64,000 nucleotides of DNA from an uncultured Candidatus Saccharibacteria bacterium. GTDB lineage: Bacteria; Patescibacteriota; WWE3; UBA101185; UBA10185. The stretch covers positions 45,796-109,795 of the forward strand of contig CAYLVW010000003.1 of the NCBI GenBank assembly GCA_964387275.1, in the 5' to 3' direction. Position 1 is the first letter of the stretch. Each line of letters starts with the position of its first letter. Under the pieces are notes generated by a model. The model made no database searches. It saw nothing but the letters and a program-made list of their open reading frames with translations, and was not told the origin of the DNA. Shown one piece after another: positions 9,417 to 19,627 of this stretch. The translations under genes and the position numbers were made by a program.

Positions 9417-10447
9417 TATATACCCTTTATAGCAAGACCATAACTTGTTGAGTATATGGGGCCTTGTGCAAATAAATGATCTTTTTGAACCTTAAGTTTT
9501 GGAGAAATTGTAACACCCTTCCAAGGATTTGCTACTTCAACTTCTATATCCAGGTTATTAGCAAAATAAAATAAAATTCCCGGCATTTGGGCAGTGCCTC
9601 CAGAAATAATCATCCTATTTATGGTAACGTTCGGATTATTTGTTGTAAAGAATATTCGGGATCTTTTTATCTCACTAATCATCTGATCGAATAGAGGCTT
9701 GAGTACCTCAGAAACTTTACCCTCAGCTTGACCGGCATCCATACCGTAGGCTTTCTTATACTCCTCAGCCTGTTGATAATCCATTTTTAATTCTTGGGAG
9801 ACTGCTTTTGTAAAAGTGTCACCTCCAATAGATAAATTTCGTGTAAACATAACAAAACCCTTGTATACAATAATTATTAAAGAATAATTAAAACCAATAT
9901 TTAGTATGATAGTGCCATTAGGACTCTGCTCAGTATCCCCTAAAGCTCTTGCAATAGATAAGGTTTCTGGCTCTACAGCAACTGGTGTAAGCTTTGCTCC
10001 TTTTACAATTTCAATATATTTCTCAACAATTGTTTTTTTTGCTGCAACTATCTGAACGTTCATTTTCTCTTTATCAAGCGGGTCAATATCCAGTTTTTGA
10101 TACGAAAGGTTAACTTCTTTCATAGGTAGCGGTATATACTGCTCAGCCTCAAATTTAATGAAATTGGCTAAATCCTTATCATTCATTGTCGGGGTTTTTA
10201 TAACTCTCATAAAAACTTGTTGCTCGGGCAATGAAATTACAACCCTCGGGGAAGAAAAATCAGAATCAACATAAAACTGTTTAAGAGCTTCTGAATAGTT
10301 TTTTATTTCATCTTTGGAATCTGAATCCAAGTTTAGGTGTGGGTTTTCTAAAGAGGCAAACTTATGAAGAGTTGTCTTATCTCGAGATTTCTCAATCTCA
10401 ACTGCTCGAAAGTTGTGTCTTCCTAAGTCTAAACCAATTATGGGCAT
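9416..10447 (-). CDS. pilM: Type IV pilus assembly protein PilM
   Basis: IGLDLG actin-like fold, EAEQYIP, ISGGTA, EVANPW. Confidence 0.95.
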   Translation of the reverse strand: MPIIGLDLGRHNFRAVEIEKSRDKTTLHKFASLENPHLNLDSDSKDEIKNYSEALKQFYVDSDFSSPRVVISLPEQQVFMRVIKTPTMNDKDLANFIKFEAEQYIPLPMKEVNLSYQKLDIDPLDKEKMNVQIVAAKKTIVEKYIEIVKGAKLTPVAVEPETLSIARALGDTEQSPNGTIILNIGFNYSLIIIVYKGFVMFTRNLSIGGDTFTKAVSQELKMDYQQAEEYKKAYGMDAGQAEGKVSEVLKPLFDQMISEIKRSRIFFTTNNPNVTINRMIISGGTAQMPGILFYFANNLDIEVEVANPWKGVTISPKLKVQKDHLFAQGPIYSTSYGLAIKGI

Positions 10448-10470
10448 ACTAAAATATTACATAACAAAAA

Positions 10471-11322
10471 CTAATTAGACAATGGATCAGTGGTAGATCT
10501 TTGTAACAGGGCGTAGTCAAAATCTTGAGGAAGAGCAACGGGTGTCTTTGTTATAGTTAAAGTTTTTTTTGCATCGCCCGAAGTACCTACTATGTCTATT
10601 TGAACCCCTTGCTGAGGTACTGTAAGACCAGTATCTGGAACTATTGTTACTGTCACATCTGAGTAATACGCTTTTAATCTAACTAGTTTTGGGGCTGTTC
10701 TTCCGTCTATCCTAAAGCAGTTTTGATAGGTGTAGAGCGGCGCGGCCGTGGAAAAACCATTAAATGTATTTGTAGAATTAGCTGAATTGTAGGCATAAGT
10801 ATCTGTACCGTAACTGCCGGCCGCGCCGCTAACAAAAATTGCGTACAAAGAAGGGGCTGTAGCACCAGAGCTAGTAGAGTTCCAACAAACCCAAAAATTT
10901 CTGTTATTAGGATAATTGGTCATGTTCACCTCTGAAGAATCAACCCTACCAATTGGCAAAGAATATGTAGCGAGATTACCTAAATATGTAATTATAGCTG
11001 TAGCTGAAGAACTTATACCTCTAGGGTCAGTAACACTCAAGCTACAATTGCCACCACAATTTGTAATATAATTCTCTAGAACCGAGTTATCCTCTGCAAG
11101 TAATCTCTCTGCGAGCGCTTCTGCTACTGCAGTAGCTTTAACATTTGAGTCTCCAGTTGAAAATATTCGCAGAGTTTTGTAAAACTTTTCTGAAACAGAA
11201 ACAACAACCCCTAGGGCTAACATCAATAAAAATACTACAGCCAAAAGGGTCTGACCACGCTCTTCCTTTAAAACTACACTTATCTTTTTAAAAAAACCAT
11301 TTATGATGTAAGTACTTCTCAT
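10471..11322 (-). CDS. PilX/GspK-like minor pilin
   Basis: ERG|QTLLAVVFLLM class III signal without E5; AVAEA motif. Confidence 0.7.
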   Translation of the reverse strand: MRSTYIINGFFKKISVVLKEERGQTLLAVVFLLMLALGVVVSVSEKFYKTLRIFSTGDSNVKATAVAEALAERLLAEDNSVLENYITNCGGNCSLSVTDPRGISSSATAIITYLGNLATYSLPIGRVDSSEVNMTNYPNNRNFWVCWNSTSSGATAPSLYAIFVSGAAGSYGTDTYAYNSANSTNTFNGFSTAAPLYTYQNCFRIDGRTAPKLVRLKAYYSDVTVTIVPDTGLTVPQQGVQIDIVGTSGDAKKTLTITKTPVALPQDFDYALLQRSTTDPLSN

Positions 11323-11334
11323 AACTATACCTGC

Positions 11335-11841
11335 CTAGTAATTACCTCTTGGAACTATAGTATTACTTATTGTGTAGGTTATAGGACTTTGGCCAGCAAG
11401 GGTCGTTTGTGAAAACGTCATATCTAACCTAACACTTTGAATACCATTTACTGTAGTAAGTGTAAAACAATTCGTTCCACAAGTAACAGTAACACTACCC
11501 GCTGAGGAATTATTTTGAGTTAGAGCCACCGTGTTTCTTTGAACCACTCCTGATGTAACAGAATAAGTGACATTAGTGTTACTTGAGTCTACAAAAGTAA
11601 TACTTGTACCACCCCCAGTAACACTACTACCGGCTCTTAGCTCCTTTTCAAGTTTTAAAAAAACGAAGTTTGCTGCTTGCTCAACTTCTGTTGCAATTTG
11701 ATTTTTAGTGTAGGACCTAACTAAAGTCAAAATAACATCAGAAGTAACCCCCACAGAAATTACAAGAAGTGATATTGTTATGACTAACTCCATTAGTGTA
11801 AAACCAGATCTGTTAGCTCTTAATATCTTAGTAAAATTCAT
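11335..11841 (-). CDS. Minor pilin (PilW/GspJ-like)
   Basis: SG|FTLMELVI prepilin motif; ATG 11841 overlaps the upstream TGA. Confidence 0.85.
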   Translation of the reverse strand: MNFTKILRANRSGFTLMELVITISLLVISVGVTSDVILTLVRSYTKNQIATEVEQAANFVFLKLEKELRAGSSVTGGGTSITFVDSSNTNVTYSVTSGVVQRNTVALTQNNSSAGSVTVTCGTNCFTLTTVNGIQSVRLDMTFSQTTLAGQSPITYTISNTIVPRGNY

Positions 11842-12317
11842 TTTCTCCTCCAATTACTTAAATCGGTGTAAACATATGTGGATCTCTGATTTCCCCCGAT
11901 GTTCCAAGTTACGGTAACGCTTACTCTCACAACCGTATCCGTTAAAGCCACATTACCCCCACTGACATTGGTCACTCTAAAATACCTGGTAACTTGAGGA
12001 CTAGTTCCAGATATAGCCTCTTGACCAGTAGTAACGTTACCAGAACTGTTGTAATAGCAGTTGGAGGTATCACAGTTTTGGATGGTTGTTATAAAACCGC
12101 TCCAACTTGCACTAGAATCTCTGGTAAGTCTTACTCTTTCCAAATATTCATTTGCATACTTCGAAGCTTCAAACATGATTTCTCCCTGAGTTGATGACCT
12201 AAGAGTATAAACGGACAGGGAAACCATTGCAGTAATAACAATAATAGCTACACCTAAAGCTATCACCATCTCAACTAAACCTATACCTTTTTCGTCTTGT
12301 CTAATTAGTTTGTACAT
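11838..12317 (-). CDS. Minor pilin (PilV/GspI-like)
   Basis: KG|IGLVEMVIA; ASKYANEYLERVR; C-terminal VSVTVTW...LSNW. Confidence 0.85.
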   Translation of the reverse strand: MYKLIRQDEKGIGLVEMVIALGVAIIVITAMVSLSVYTLRSSTQGEIMFEASKYANEYLERVRLTRDSSASWSGFITTIQNCDTSNCYYNSSGNVTTGQEAISGTSPQVTRYFRVTNVSGGNVALTDTVVRVSVTVTWNIGGNQRSTYVYTDLSNWRRK

Positions 12318-12898
12318 GTAACAGTTGCCGTATTTGTCTGTATGAGACCCGGCGTATTAATAATAACGTTTCTGCAGGTTGCTGAAGTATCTGAGGATCT
12401 TTTAACATTAATACTACAAGTAGAAGTATTACAGTTGATAAAAGCCGTTCCGTTATAAAAAAGCACATCTCCATTTGCAAAACTAAAAAACACACATTTA
12501 TGGGCCGGCCCTGCAATAACTACATCGGAGTTTAACTGTGTACTAGTAGAGGCTGTGGACCAGTTCGCAGCAGAAGTACAAGAACTTGCATTAATAACAC
12601 CCGTAAAAACTCTCCATTGATAAGTATTAGACCCATTACCAAACTTCATACCCCAGTAAGTGGTATTTGTGGTTCTATCAAACTCTGTTCCTGTAAGTGC
12701 TTTATTCTGAACGCTTCTTAAATCACTTTTTACCTGCTCAAGCCCCTGGCTTACATTCTGATTGTTGATGTAAGTATTAAAACTAGGGATCATAGCTGCA
12801 GAGAGAAGGGTAAGTATACCTACAGAAATCATTAACTCTATTAATGTAAAACCTGATTTACTACATATATATCGTGAAATGTATGCAGGGCATTGCAT
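12305..12898 (-). CDS. Minor pilin (FimT/GspH-like)
   Basis: SG|FTLIELMI; VKSDLRSVQNKA; start set at ATG 12898 downstream of TGcTATCAT. Confidence 0.85.
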   Translation of the reverse strand: MQCPAYISRYICSKSGFTLIELMISVGILTLLSAAMIPSFNTYINNQNVSQGLEQVKSDLRSVQNKALTGTEFDRTTNTTYWGMKFGNGSNTYQWRVFTGVINASSCTSAANWSTASTSTQLNSDVVIAGPAHKCVFFSFANGDVLFYNGTAFINCNTSTCSINVKRSSDTSATCRNVIINTPGLIQTNTATVTCTN

Positions 12899-12921
12899 AT
12901 TAAAATGATAGCACAAGACCA

Positions 12922-13404
12922 CTAATTAATAAGCGTCAAATTGGTGCCTGTTTCAAAAACATCTACGTTATTCCCACCATCTGATACCTCTTTATCCACA
13001 AAGTGCTCTAGATTAGCATTTATTTCGTAGTCAACCCCAAAACAAAAATATGAATATCTATAGGTTAAGTTATTTATTGGATCAATAGGTAACTTTGGGA
13101 TATAGTCAGTCAAATCTTCCACCAACCACCCAAACGTAGATCCAGAAGGCACTGTGTCACTGACTCTAAGTAGAGAGGAATTATCTGGGCAGGTTTTTTC
13201 AACCATTATGTATTGAGATATAGCGGATTCTAAGTAAGCTAGATCAGAAAATCTAACCAAATCCCGAGATTTTGACTTATCTTGTGCGATATTTGAATAC
13301 AAAAGAGCAGAGGTGGCTAAAACCATGATTATACCTACAGAAACAATCAATTCTACTAAGGTAAAACCACTACTGTTTGTAAAATTAGGGGTTTTGAACA
13401 CCAT
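12922..13404 (-). CDS. Type IV pilin (GspG-like)
   Basis: SG|FTLVELIV, KSRDLVRFSDL, LPIDP; exact start uncertain. Confidence 0.85.
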   Translation of the reverse strand: MVFKTPNFTNSSGFTLVELIVSVGIIMVLATSALLYSNIAQDKSKSRDLVRFSDLAYLESAISQYIMVEKTCPDNSSLLRVSDTVPSGSTFGWLVEDLTDYIPKLPIDPINNLTYRYSYFCFGVDYEINANLEHFVDKEVSDGGNNVDVFETGTNLTLIN

Positions 13405-13894
13405 AACAGGAAGTAACTGCACCGCACGAAGTAATAGTGGCCCAGTTACTTAGGGAATTACATGCAGAAGCTGAGGAAGAATTGGTTTCTGTTCTTGCGG
13501 TTAAAACATATCTTGTAGCAGGGTTTGTTGTTCTATAACCATAATAGTATGTAGTGCCAGTATAGTCGCTGCAAGGATTTGGAGTCCCTGGTACTGAACC
13601 ACCACTAGGATCTGTTGGTAGGGAAGAAGCATAATTTGGAGATAACCCTGCAATTGCAGACGCATTGGACCAGCTAGCAGAAGATGGATAAATTCTATTA
13701 TCTTGAAAATAAAGTTCTAGGGCTGTTTGTAATTTTCTAAGATCAGCTATTCTTTGAGAATCTCTGGCTTTCTGTCTATATCCACCAGAATTTAGTAAGT
13801 TCAAGGCAACTCCAGATAAAATTGCTATGATTAAAACAACAATTAACACCTCTATTAAAGTAAAACCTTTTCTATTTCTGCTTATTAGTTGCAT
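13385..13894 (-). CDS. Type IV pilin (GspG-like)
   Basis: KG|FTLIEVLI, KARDSQRIADL..LQTALELY...YP, LPTDP. Confidence 0.9.
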   Translation of the reverse strand: MQLISRNRKGFTLIEVLIVVLIIAILSGVALNLLNSGGYRQKARDSQRIADLRKLQTALELYFQDNRIYPSSASWSNASAIAGLSPNYASSLPTDPSGGSVPGTPNPCSDYTGTTYYYGYRTTNPATRYVLTARTETNSSSASACNSLSNWATITSCGAVTSCYGVQNP

Positions 13895-14406
13895 GTTACT
13901 CCATCCAAATTAGTACATCCCGCAGCACTAAATCCAGTCCCCGCACTAGAGCATTGATTAGTGCAACTCCTCATAACTTTTCCTTTACAGGAAGAGGAAG
14001 TGACAGCATCCGGATTCATATATTTATAATAAGTTGTTGTTACTGATGCCATAGGAACACTTAAACAAAAATTAGAAGAATTACTATAATACCTGTACTC
14101 CTGTCCAGATACATTAGTACTAGGCCAAGAAACAATAAATCGCCCTATTTCTGCAAGTTCAGATGAATTTGTATTAGTAAAAGGGTTGTAATCGCTATCA
14201 GAGTCTGTAGCAGGTCTGCCGCTAGAGGCAAAAAAAGACTCAAATCCCTGTGCTAACTTACTCATAGTCGAAGCCCTTACGGAATCAGTGGCAATATCTC
14301 TTTGCCTATTAACATTTATAGTTGAGAGCAAAATCCCAGACAACACACCAACAAGTGAGATAACAATTAGTAATTCGATTAGCGTAAAACCTGAATTTTT
14401 ATACAT
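13885..14406 (-). CDS. Type IV pilin, Cys-rich C-terminus
   Basis: SG|FTLIELLI; start may be 14406 or 14460. Confidence 0.85.
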   Translation of the reverse strand: MYKNSGFTLIELLIVISLVGVLSGILLSTINVNRQRDIATDSVRASTMSKLAQGFESFFASSGRPATDSDSDYNPFTNTNSSELAEIGRFIVSWPSTNVSGQEYRYYSNSSNFCLSVPMASVTTTYYKYMNPDAVTSSSCKGKVMRSCTNQCSSAGTGFSAAGCTNLDGVTCN

Positions 14407-14466
14407 AAATTCTTTTAAAAAGTGGTTATCTCGTGCACTAGATAACCACTTGAAAAACAATCTACA

Positions 14467-15063
14467 TTACAAGGCTGTACAGTTCTGAGCAGCTGTATCA
14501 CAAAGATACATTCTTGAATCCGCACTGCTGTAAACGAATACGTTCGTGGAACCCCAAGCTCTAGCCATCAATCTAAAAGTCGTAGTAGTGTTTGTGAAAG
14601 CACAAGCACCACTTTGGTCAGCACCTGTAGTAGCACTACCGCAATATCTGTAATAACACTGGTTTGCACCAGTACCACCCCAGCCGTTAGCACCACAAGC
14701 ATTAGTACCACCAACAGCTAAAGGTTGGCTTGATAGAGCGAACTGACAGTCAGCATCTGTTGCGGTACCACAGGTGGCACCGTTTGCTGTAACTCCAGTA
14801 AGTCCAGATAATACTTCGGTTTCATTAGGAATTCTTCCGTAAGCAGAAACAAATCCAGCAGTAGCTAAAGCTAGTTTGTTCATGGAAGCTCTGACGTTTG
14901 CATCTCTAGCTCTATTTTGCTGAGTTGTAGGATCTATAACGGCAATTAAAACTCCCGCTAAAATACCAATAATTACGATAACTATTAAAAGCTCGATAAG
15001 GGTAAAACCTGCTGTATCAGGGACCAATTTTACTTTGGTTTTGTGTAACAATTTGTTAAGCAT
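14467..15063 (-). CDS. Probable major type IV pilin
   Basis: AG|FTLIELLIVIVIIGILA; has its own canonical promoter and a strong SD (AGAGAGGGGGTG), suggesting high expression. Confidence 0.88.
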   Translation of the reverse strand: MLNKLLHKTKVKLVPDTAGFTLIELLIVIVIIGILAGVLIAVIDPTTQQNRARDANVRASMNKLALATAGFVSAYGRIPNETEVLSGLTGVTANGATCGTATDADCQFALSSQPLAVGGTNACGANGWGGTGANQCYYRYCGSATTGADQSGACAFTNTTTTFRLMARAWGSTNVFVYSSADSRMYLCDTAAQNCTAL

Positions 15064-15171
15064 TGTTACACCCCCTCTCTAAAATAAGCAAACTATTGAA
15101 TTTTTTGCTTAGTAATTTGACTAACATTTCTGGGCAGATGAATGGAAATTAGTTCAAATTCATCTTTCAAA

Positions 15172-15200
15172 AGTATGAACTTATAAAAGTTGTGTGTCAA
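15172..15200 (-). promoter_or_regulatory. Sigma70-type promoter of the major pilin
   Basis: TTGACA-17 nt-CATACT on the minus strand, about 100 nt upstream of the ATG. Confidence 0.7.
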
Positions 15201-15233
15201 TGAAATAATAATTAAACTATACGTAAAATCTAA

Positions 15234-16157
15234 CTAGGGAAGAGCATTACCACCGTTGTATATACCAAAGCTGTACATACTAGGTAAAAACGGGTATGAC
15301 CTAAAGACACTCACTGTCTTGGTAGCAGACACATTTGAGCTCCCACTAAGCTCACCAATGGATTCGATCAAATAGCCTTGTTGGGGTATGGTAGAACCGC
15401 CCCTACCCTCAATCCTAATGTCAGCATCAGCACCTAAAACCAAAATTCTTAATCCATACATGTTATTCCCGGATATCCTAGTGCTTACATTACTTACTCC
15501 ATTAACAAAAGTCCCAGTACTTATACTCCCATTGAGGGTACCACTAGAGTTATCAACTAATGAAGCAGAACAACCAGAATTTGGGCAATACAATTGTTTC
15601 CAAGCCAAAGTAGAAGTCATAGTACCTGTATAACCAAGTATAAATACTGAGGGTTGCAAAGAACCCGATGTAGCTCTCCAATATACATCTACCCCTGTAC
15701 CTGCATACGTACTGAGATTTAGTTCATAGGTTTCATCTTTTTTTACACTAGTTTCAAAAGATGTACCACTTGGGTAGTTAGTTACTGATACGTATGCGGT
15801 AGAACTAACAGTATCTGGAGAAATTGGAGCAAATGTTACAGTGCATCTATCTTGAGCAGAGTCATACCCAGCTCCGGCATTTGTACAACTTGTGACATTA
15901 GCGTCTGTTGCAACTGAAGCCAACTGAGAGGTAGATAAATTTAGGAATCTCTCAGCCCCACCTTCAGCAGCTGCAGAAACTCTATATGAGGTATCAGTTT
16001 GGGTAATCCTGGAGATAGAGGAGAGATTTCTAACAGAAATGCTTGTTACTACAGCTAACGCCACAGTAAGACTGACTATTACAAGTAACAAGGCCTGCCC
16101 AGAGTCATTTTTGGCAGACTTAATGTATTTACTTATATGTAGGCACAAAATTTTCAT
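15234..16157 (-). CDS. PilX-like minor pilin, cassette copy A
   Basis: SG|QALLLVIVSLTVALA...AAEGGAERFL; paralog of 19628-20521. Confidence 0.75.
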   Translation of the reverse strand: MKILCLHISKYIKSAKNDSGQALLLVIVSLTVALAVVTSISVRNLSSISRITQTDTSYRVSAAAEGGAERFLNLSTSQLASVATDANVTSCTNAGAGYDSAQDRCTVTFAPISPDTVSSTAYVSVTNYPSGTSFETSVKKDETYELNLSTYAGTGVDVYWRATSGSLQPSVFILGYTGTMTSTLAWKQLYCPNSGCSASLVDNSSGTLNGSISTGTFVNGVSNVSTRISGNNMYGLRILVLGADADIRIEGRGGSTIPQQGYLIESIGELSGSSNVSATKTVSVFRSYPFLPSMYSFGIYNGGNALP

Positions 16158-16160
16158 AAA

Positions 16161-18902
16161 CTAATTCCCAACCCATGATACATTATTAACAAAAAGTCCG
16201 TTTGTGTTAGGAGAAGATGCATTTCTTTCTCTATTTGTAAGACCATACAGATATTGACCATTAAACCTTACATAAGTTGCAGGGTAGACATTTGCTGTTT
16301 GTCTATTTCTTGCGAAATCAACAGTAGACTTACTATACAAAAATCCATTTATGTATAAAGATAAGTCATCCACAGGATTTTGAGTTGTTATTGTTATAGT
16401 TCTATCATTCAAGGCTATAAAACCTACCCCCAAATTTGGGGTTCCTGAAGGTGATGGTGTTAGGTCCCCAAGGGTTGGATCTATTGTCAAGTTCTGAACA
16501 GCAACAAATACTATTCTTTCATTTATTGCTGCCGATCTTATAGGTCTCGCAATCCTTAATGTAGAAGCACCAGAGGTATCCCCAATGTAAACTACACCAA
16601 CATAGTCAGAACTGGATAGGTCATATGTTGCAACACCAGAATCATCAGCCCAATCATTAAAATCTGAGGTATTCATCCAGTAACATCTTGATGGATCCAG
16701 CTGAGAGTTTAATTGAGTTTTTGTAATCTGATTAGATAAACACGAAGATGGAACAGTGCTTTGATAATCTGATGGCCACAAAGTTGAAGAAACAGAATTT
16801 GAAATGTTCAAGTAACCCCCGTTATTTTGGTTTAAACTATTAGAGCTAACTGTATCATTTGATATAACAAAGCCGGATCCGGATATACTGTCTGTATCAG
16901 CTAATAGATATGAAGCAAAACCACCAGCAGGTGAGCCAGGTATAGTAATAGTTAAACCATTATTAGTGTATACATCCCCATCAAAGACTGAAATCCATGA
17001 AGGGAGGTTGTTTTGGGCAAAACCTAGTCGCCAAGTATTAAGATTACCATTAACAGTAACCCCAGATCCTAAAGATATGCTATTTGCACCACCAGATACT
17101 GAATACTCATTACCATTACCATCTATACTGTCAGTATCTACACAAGTAAGTCTATAAGTATTACTTCCAGATGGGCTCATTGTGGAAGTCATAGTTGTAA
17201 TTGATGTTCCTTGAGGAACTTGAGGTACAGACCAGTTACTTCCGCTGGAAGTTCCGGTATAAGCATTTGCTGAAACCGCCGATATATTACCAAGAGCAGG
17301 CCCCCCGGTTCTTGGAGTACAAGCTGTTGTTGTCAAAAATGATGAACCAGAAACAGTATATTTAGGAGGTCCTACATTTATTGTAATAACATCGTTTGCT
17401 GTCGAGTAGTTACTAGCGGCGTTCCTGTCACACCTGTAATGAAATGCCATAGTTCTGTTGTACCAAGAACCCCCATTGTATTCACTATTACAAGGCTTGA
17501 TACTGTCAATGGTACTAACGTAAATCTCATACGTACCAGAAGGCAATCCTGTAGTGTTGTAAGTGAATACATTTGAACAGGTAGTTGAACCCGCAGGACA
17601 AGCAACAGTTCCAATATCCACTGGAAAAACAGGATTACTTCTATACAGTCTTAAAAACTGCACATAGTTACCAGTGTAAGCATCATCAATATTTAAATCA
17701 CTGCCGTTTACTGTAAGGGTCAAAATGTCACCAGACGATATTGAAACGTTTCTGGAGACTTGAGCAACACCATTTACGAGAAACCCGTTGTCTATAGAAC
17801 CTCTCGTTACTGAATTCAAATAAATGTTAACCTTATCTGCTAAACCTGCGAATCTGTCACATTTAGCAAAAGGGGAGTCAAACGGACTCAAACTCCCAAT
17901 TGCTACATTACCAGAGCATTGATAACCTCTTATATCATATCCATTTACTACAGCTTCCCACTTTGCAGCAGTAAGAAGATCGGCCATAGTAGGTGTCCAA
18001 GAAACTGTTGTCATAGAACAAAGTCCAGATCCATAAACACAGTTGTAAGCTGAAGGATTCCAAGCAACCCACCCCCCTCCACCGGGCGTGCAATTTGCAG
18101 TAGTTGCGTTACAAGGCCTTCTTGCTACTAACATACTAGACATCCCATTCTGTGGATTTCCAGTGTTGGTATCTTGAGCTATGGCAGTCATAGTTTGAGG
18201 AAAGTCTGCAATATTTATCTGATCATTAATATTTACAAAGGCATCTCTAAGTTCTAATCCTGTGGTATCCCAGGTAAAATCTAGTCTGGCAGTAGGTGGA
18301 GTGGCTTTATGAAATGACCCAATCACACTTCCACAATAAACACCACCCGCATATGCAGAAGCTCCCAAATAAGCGTCTGCTACAATTCTATTATCAGCCT
18401 GGTTCGTTGGATGAAGTTCAAGTTGATCTGTAACTCTCCATACACCACCACCCATATTCGTAGCAGAAAGTATTCTTTCATCATCTTTATTATTTAAAGG
18501 TGACCAGATGTGGAACCAAACACTGCCTGTATTAGCGACTCCGTTTGCCTGCATTGTATATGCCCCAGAGTCCTGATTGAAATTAAGAGTAGGTGCAGTA
18601 ACACCAGTACAGGTAGGTGCAACAGCTCCAAGATCTACAGTGTATTTTCCAGGTGTATTGTAAGGACAGGAGTTATCGCAAATACCCCCACTAGCAACAA
18701 CTTCACACCTGTTTGAAGGAACGCCACCAGAGGTACAGGCAACGTTATTACAAGAGTTACATCTGTAGTTTCTTCCTGCATTTGTCCAAGTATCTCCGGG
18801 ATTGTGCCCTTGACAACTATCACAAGCATTAACGAATTTTGGAATAAAAACCGTAGAGGTCAAAATCACTATTGTATATATAAGTGCCTTACTTGTTCTC
18901 AT
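16161..18902 (-). CDS. Large secreted Cys/Ser/Thr/Asn-rich protein, putative pilus-tip adhesin, copy A
   Basis: Sec-like signal ending FVNA|C, many Cys pairs, Bsp-like repeat, beta-rich C-terminus; lies inside the pilus locus. Confidence 0.65.
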   Translation of the reverse strand: MRTSKALIYTIVILTSTVFIPKFVNACDSCQGHNPGDTWTNAGRNYRCNSCNNVACTSGGVPSNRCEVVASGGICDNSCPYNTPGKYTVDLGAVAPTCTGVTAPTLNFNQDSGAYTMQANGVANTGSVWFHIWSPLNNKDDERILSATNMGGGVWRVTDQLELHPTNQADNRIVADAYLGASAYAGGVYCGSVIGSFHKATPPTARLDFTWDTTGLELRDAFVNINDQINIADFPQTMTAIAQDTNTGNPQNGMSSMLVARRPCNATTANCTPGGGGWVAWNPSAYNCVYGSGLCSMTTVSWTPTMADLLTAAKWEAVVNGYDIRGYQCSGNVAIGSLSPFDSPFAKCDRFAGLADKVNIYLNSVTRGSIDNGFLVNGVAQVSRNVSISSGDILTLTVNGSDLNIDDAYTGNYVQFLRLYRSNPVFPVDIGTVACPAGSTTCSNVFTYNTTGLPSGTYEIYVSTIDSIKPCNSEYNGGSWYNRTMAFHYRCDRNAASNYSTANDVITINVGPPKYTVSGSSFLTTTACTPRTGGPALGNISAVSANAYTGTSSGSNWSVPQVPQGTSITTMTSTMSPSGSNTYRLTCVDTDSIDGNGNEYSVSGGANSISLGSGVTVNGNLNTWRLGFAQNNLPSWISVFDGDVYTNNGLTITIPGSPAGGFASYLLADTDSISGSGFVISNDTVSSNSLNQNNGGYLNISNSVSSTLWPSDYQSTVPSSCLSNQITKTQLNSQLDPSRCYWMNTSDFNDWADDSGVATYDLSSSDYVGVVYIGDTSGASTLRIARPIRSAAINERIVFVAVQNLTIDPTLGDLTPSPSGTPNLGVGFIALNDRTITITTQNPVDDLSLYINGFLYSKSTVDFARNRQTANVYPATYVRFNGQYLYGLTNRERNASSPNTNGLFVNNVSWVGN

Positions 18903-19494
18903 ATATCACGCTAACGAATTTGGTAGTAATTCCCGTCGACCTTGAAGTAACACTGTATTCGACAAACTTGACCATCCTACCAACTAAAACGCCTGCTGAA
19001 TCTTTATATATATTAGTGTATAAAACACTTTCAGGACTATCCCAATTATCAACCTGTACTAGTAATAAGTTTTGTTGTACAGGATTAGTTGAGGAGAGTG
19101 TAGTAATATAGTCATCAAAAGAATAGGGAATTAAACTGTAAATATTTCCATCGCTACTGGAAATCGTGAGTCTGTCATTTTCATAGGATTTAACGTTACC
19201 TTCTATAGAAGTTGATGTCTGCAAAGACTCTTTTAAGAGAGAGATATCATCAACAAAATTAAAATTTGAACTCTGTGTAGTCTCAATAGATTTATTCATC
19301 TCCAAAATTAGTTGAGACCCATCCGGAATATCCTTACTCACAGATCTAGGAACAAAATTTAAGTAAGTTATGTCAATAATTCGGAAGTAAACTAAACCTA
19401 AAAGCAGGGCCATCATAAGAAACACAAAAAGAATTATTATTCTAAACCCAATAAAACCTTTTAAATTAGGATCAATAGGAGCTGGCATTATCAT
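18889..19494 (-). CDS. Membrane-anchored protein with prepilin-like N-terminus, copy A
   Basis: NLKG|FIGFRIIILFVF followed by a soluble beta-rich domain; paralog of 23276-23884. Confidence 0.6.
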   Translation of the reverse strand: MIMPAPIDPNLKGFIGFRIIILFVFLMMALLLGLVYFRIIDITYLNFVPRSVSKDIPDGSQLILEMNKSIETTQSSNFNFVDDISLLKESLQTSTSIEGNVKSYENDRLTISSSDGNIYSLIPYSFDDYITTLSSTNPVQQNLLLVQVDNWDSPESVLYTNIYKDSAGVLVGRMVKFVEYSVTSRSTGITTKFVSVIYENK

Positions 19495-19627
19495 CTATAA
19501 TACTCGTATAAAAAGGAACGCGTAAAGAGTTTATTTTGCAACAATAAAGATTTTGACAGCAACCTTAAGAGAAAGTGAAAGCTTTACCCACTGGAAAAAG
19601 TTACTAATTCTTACCTTAAGGCAGGGG

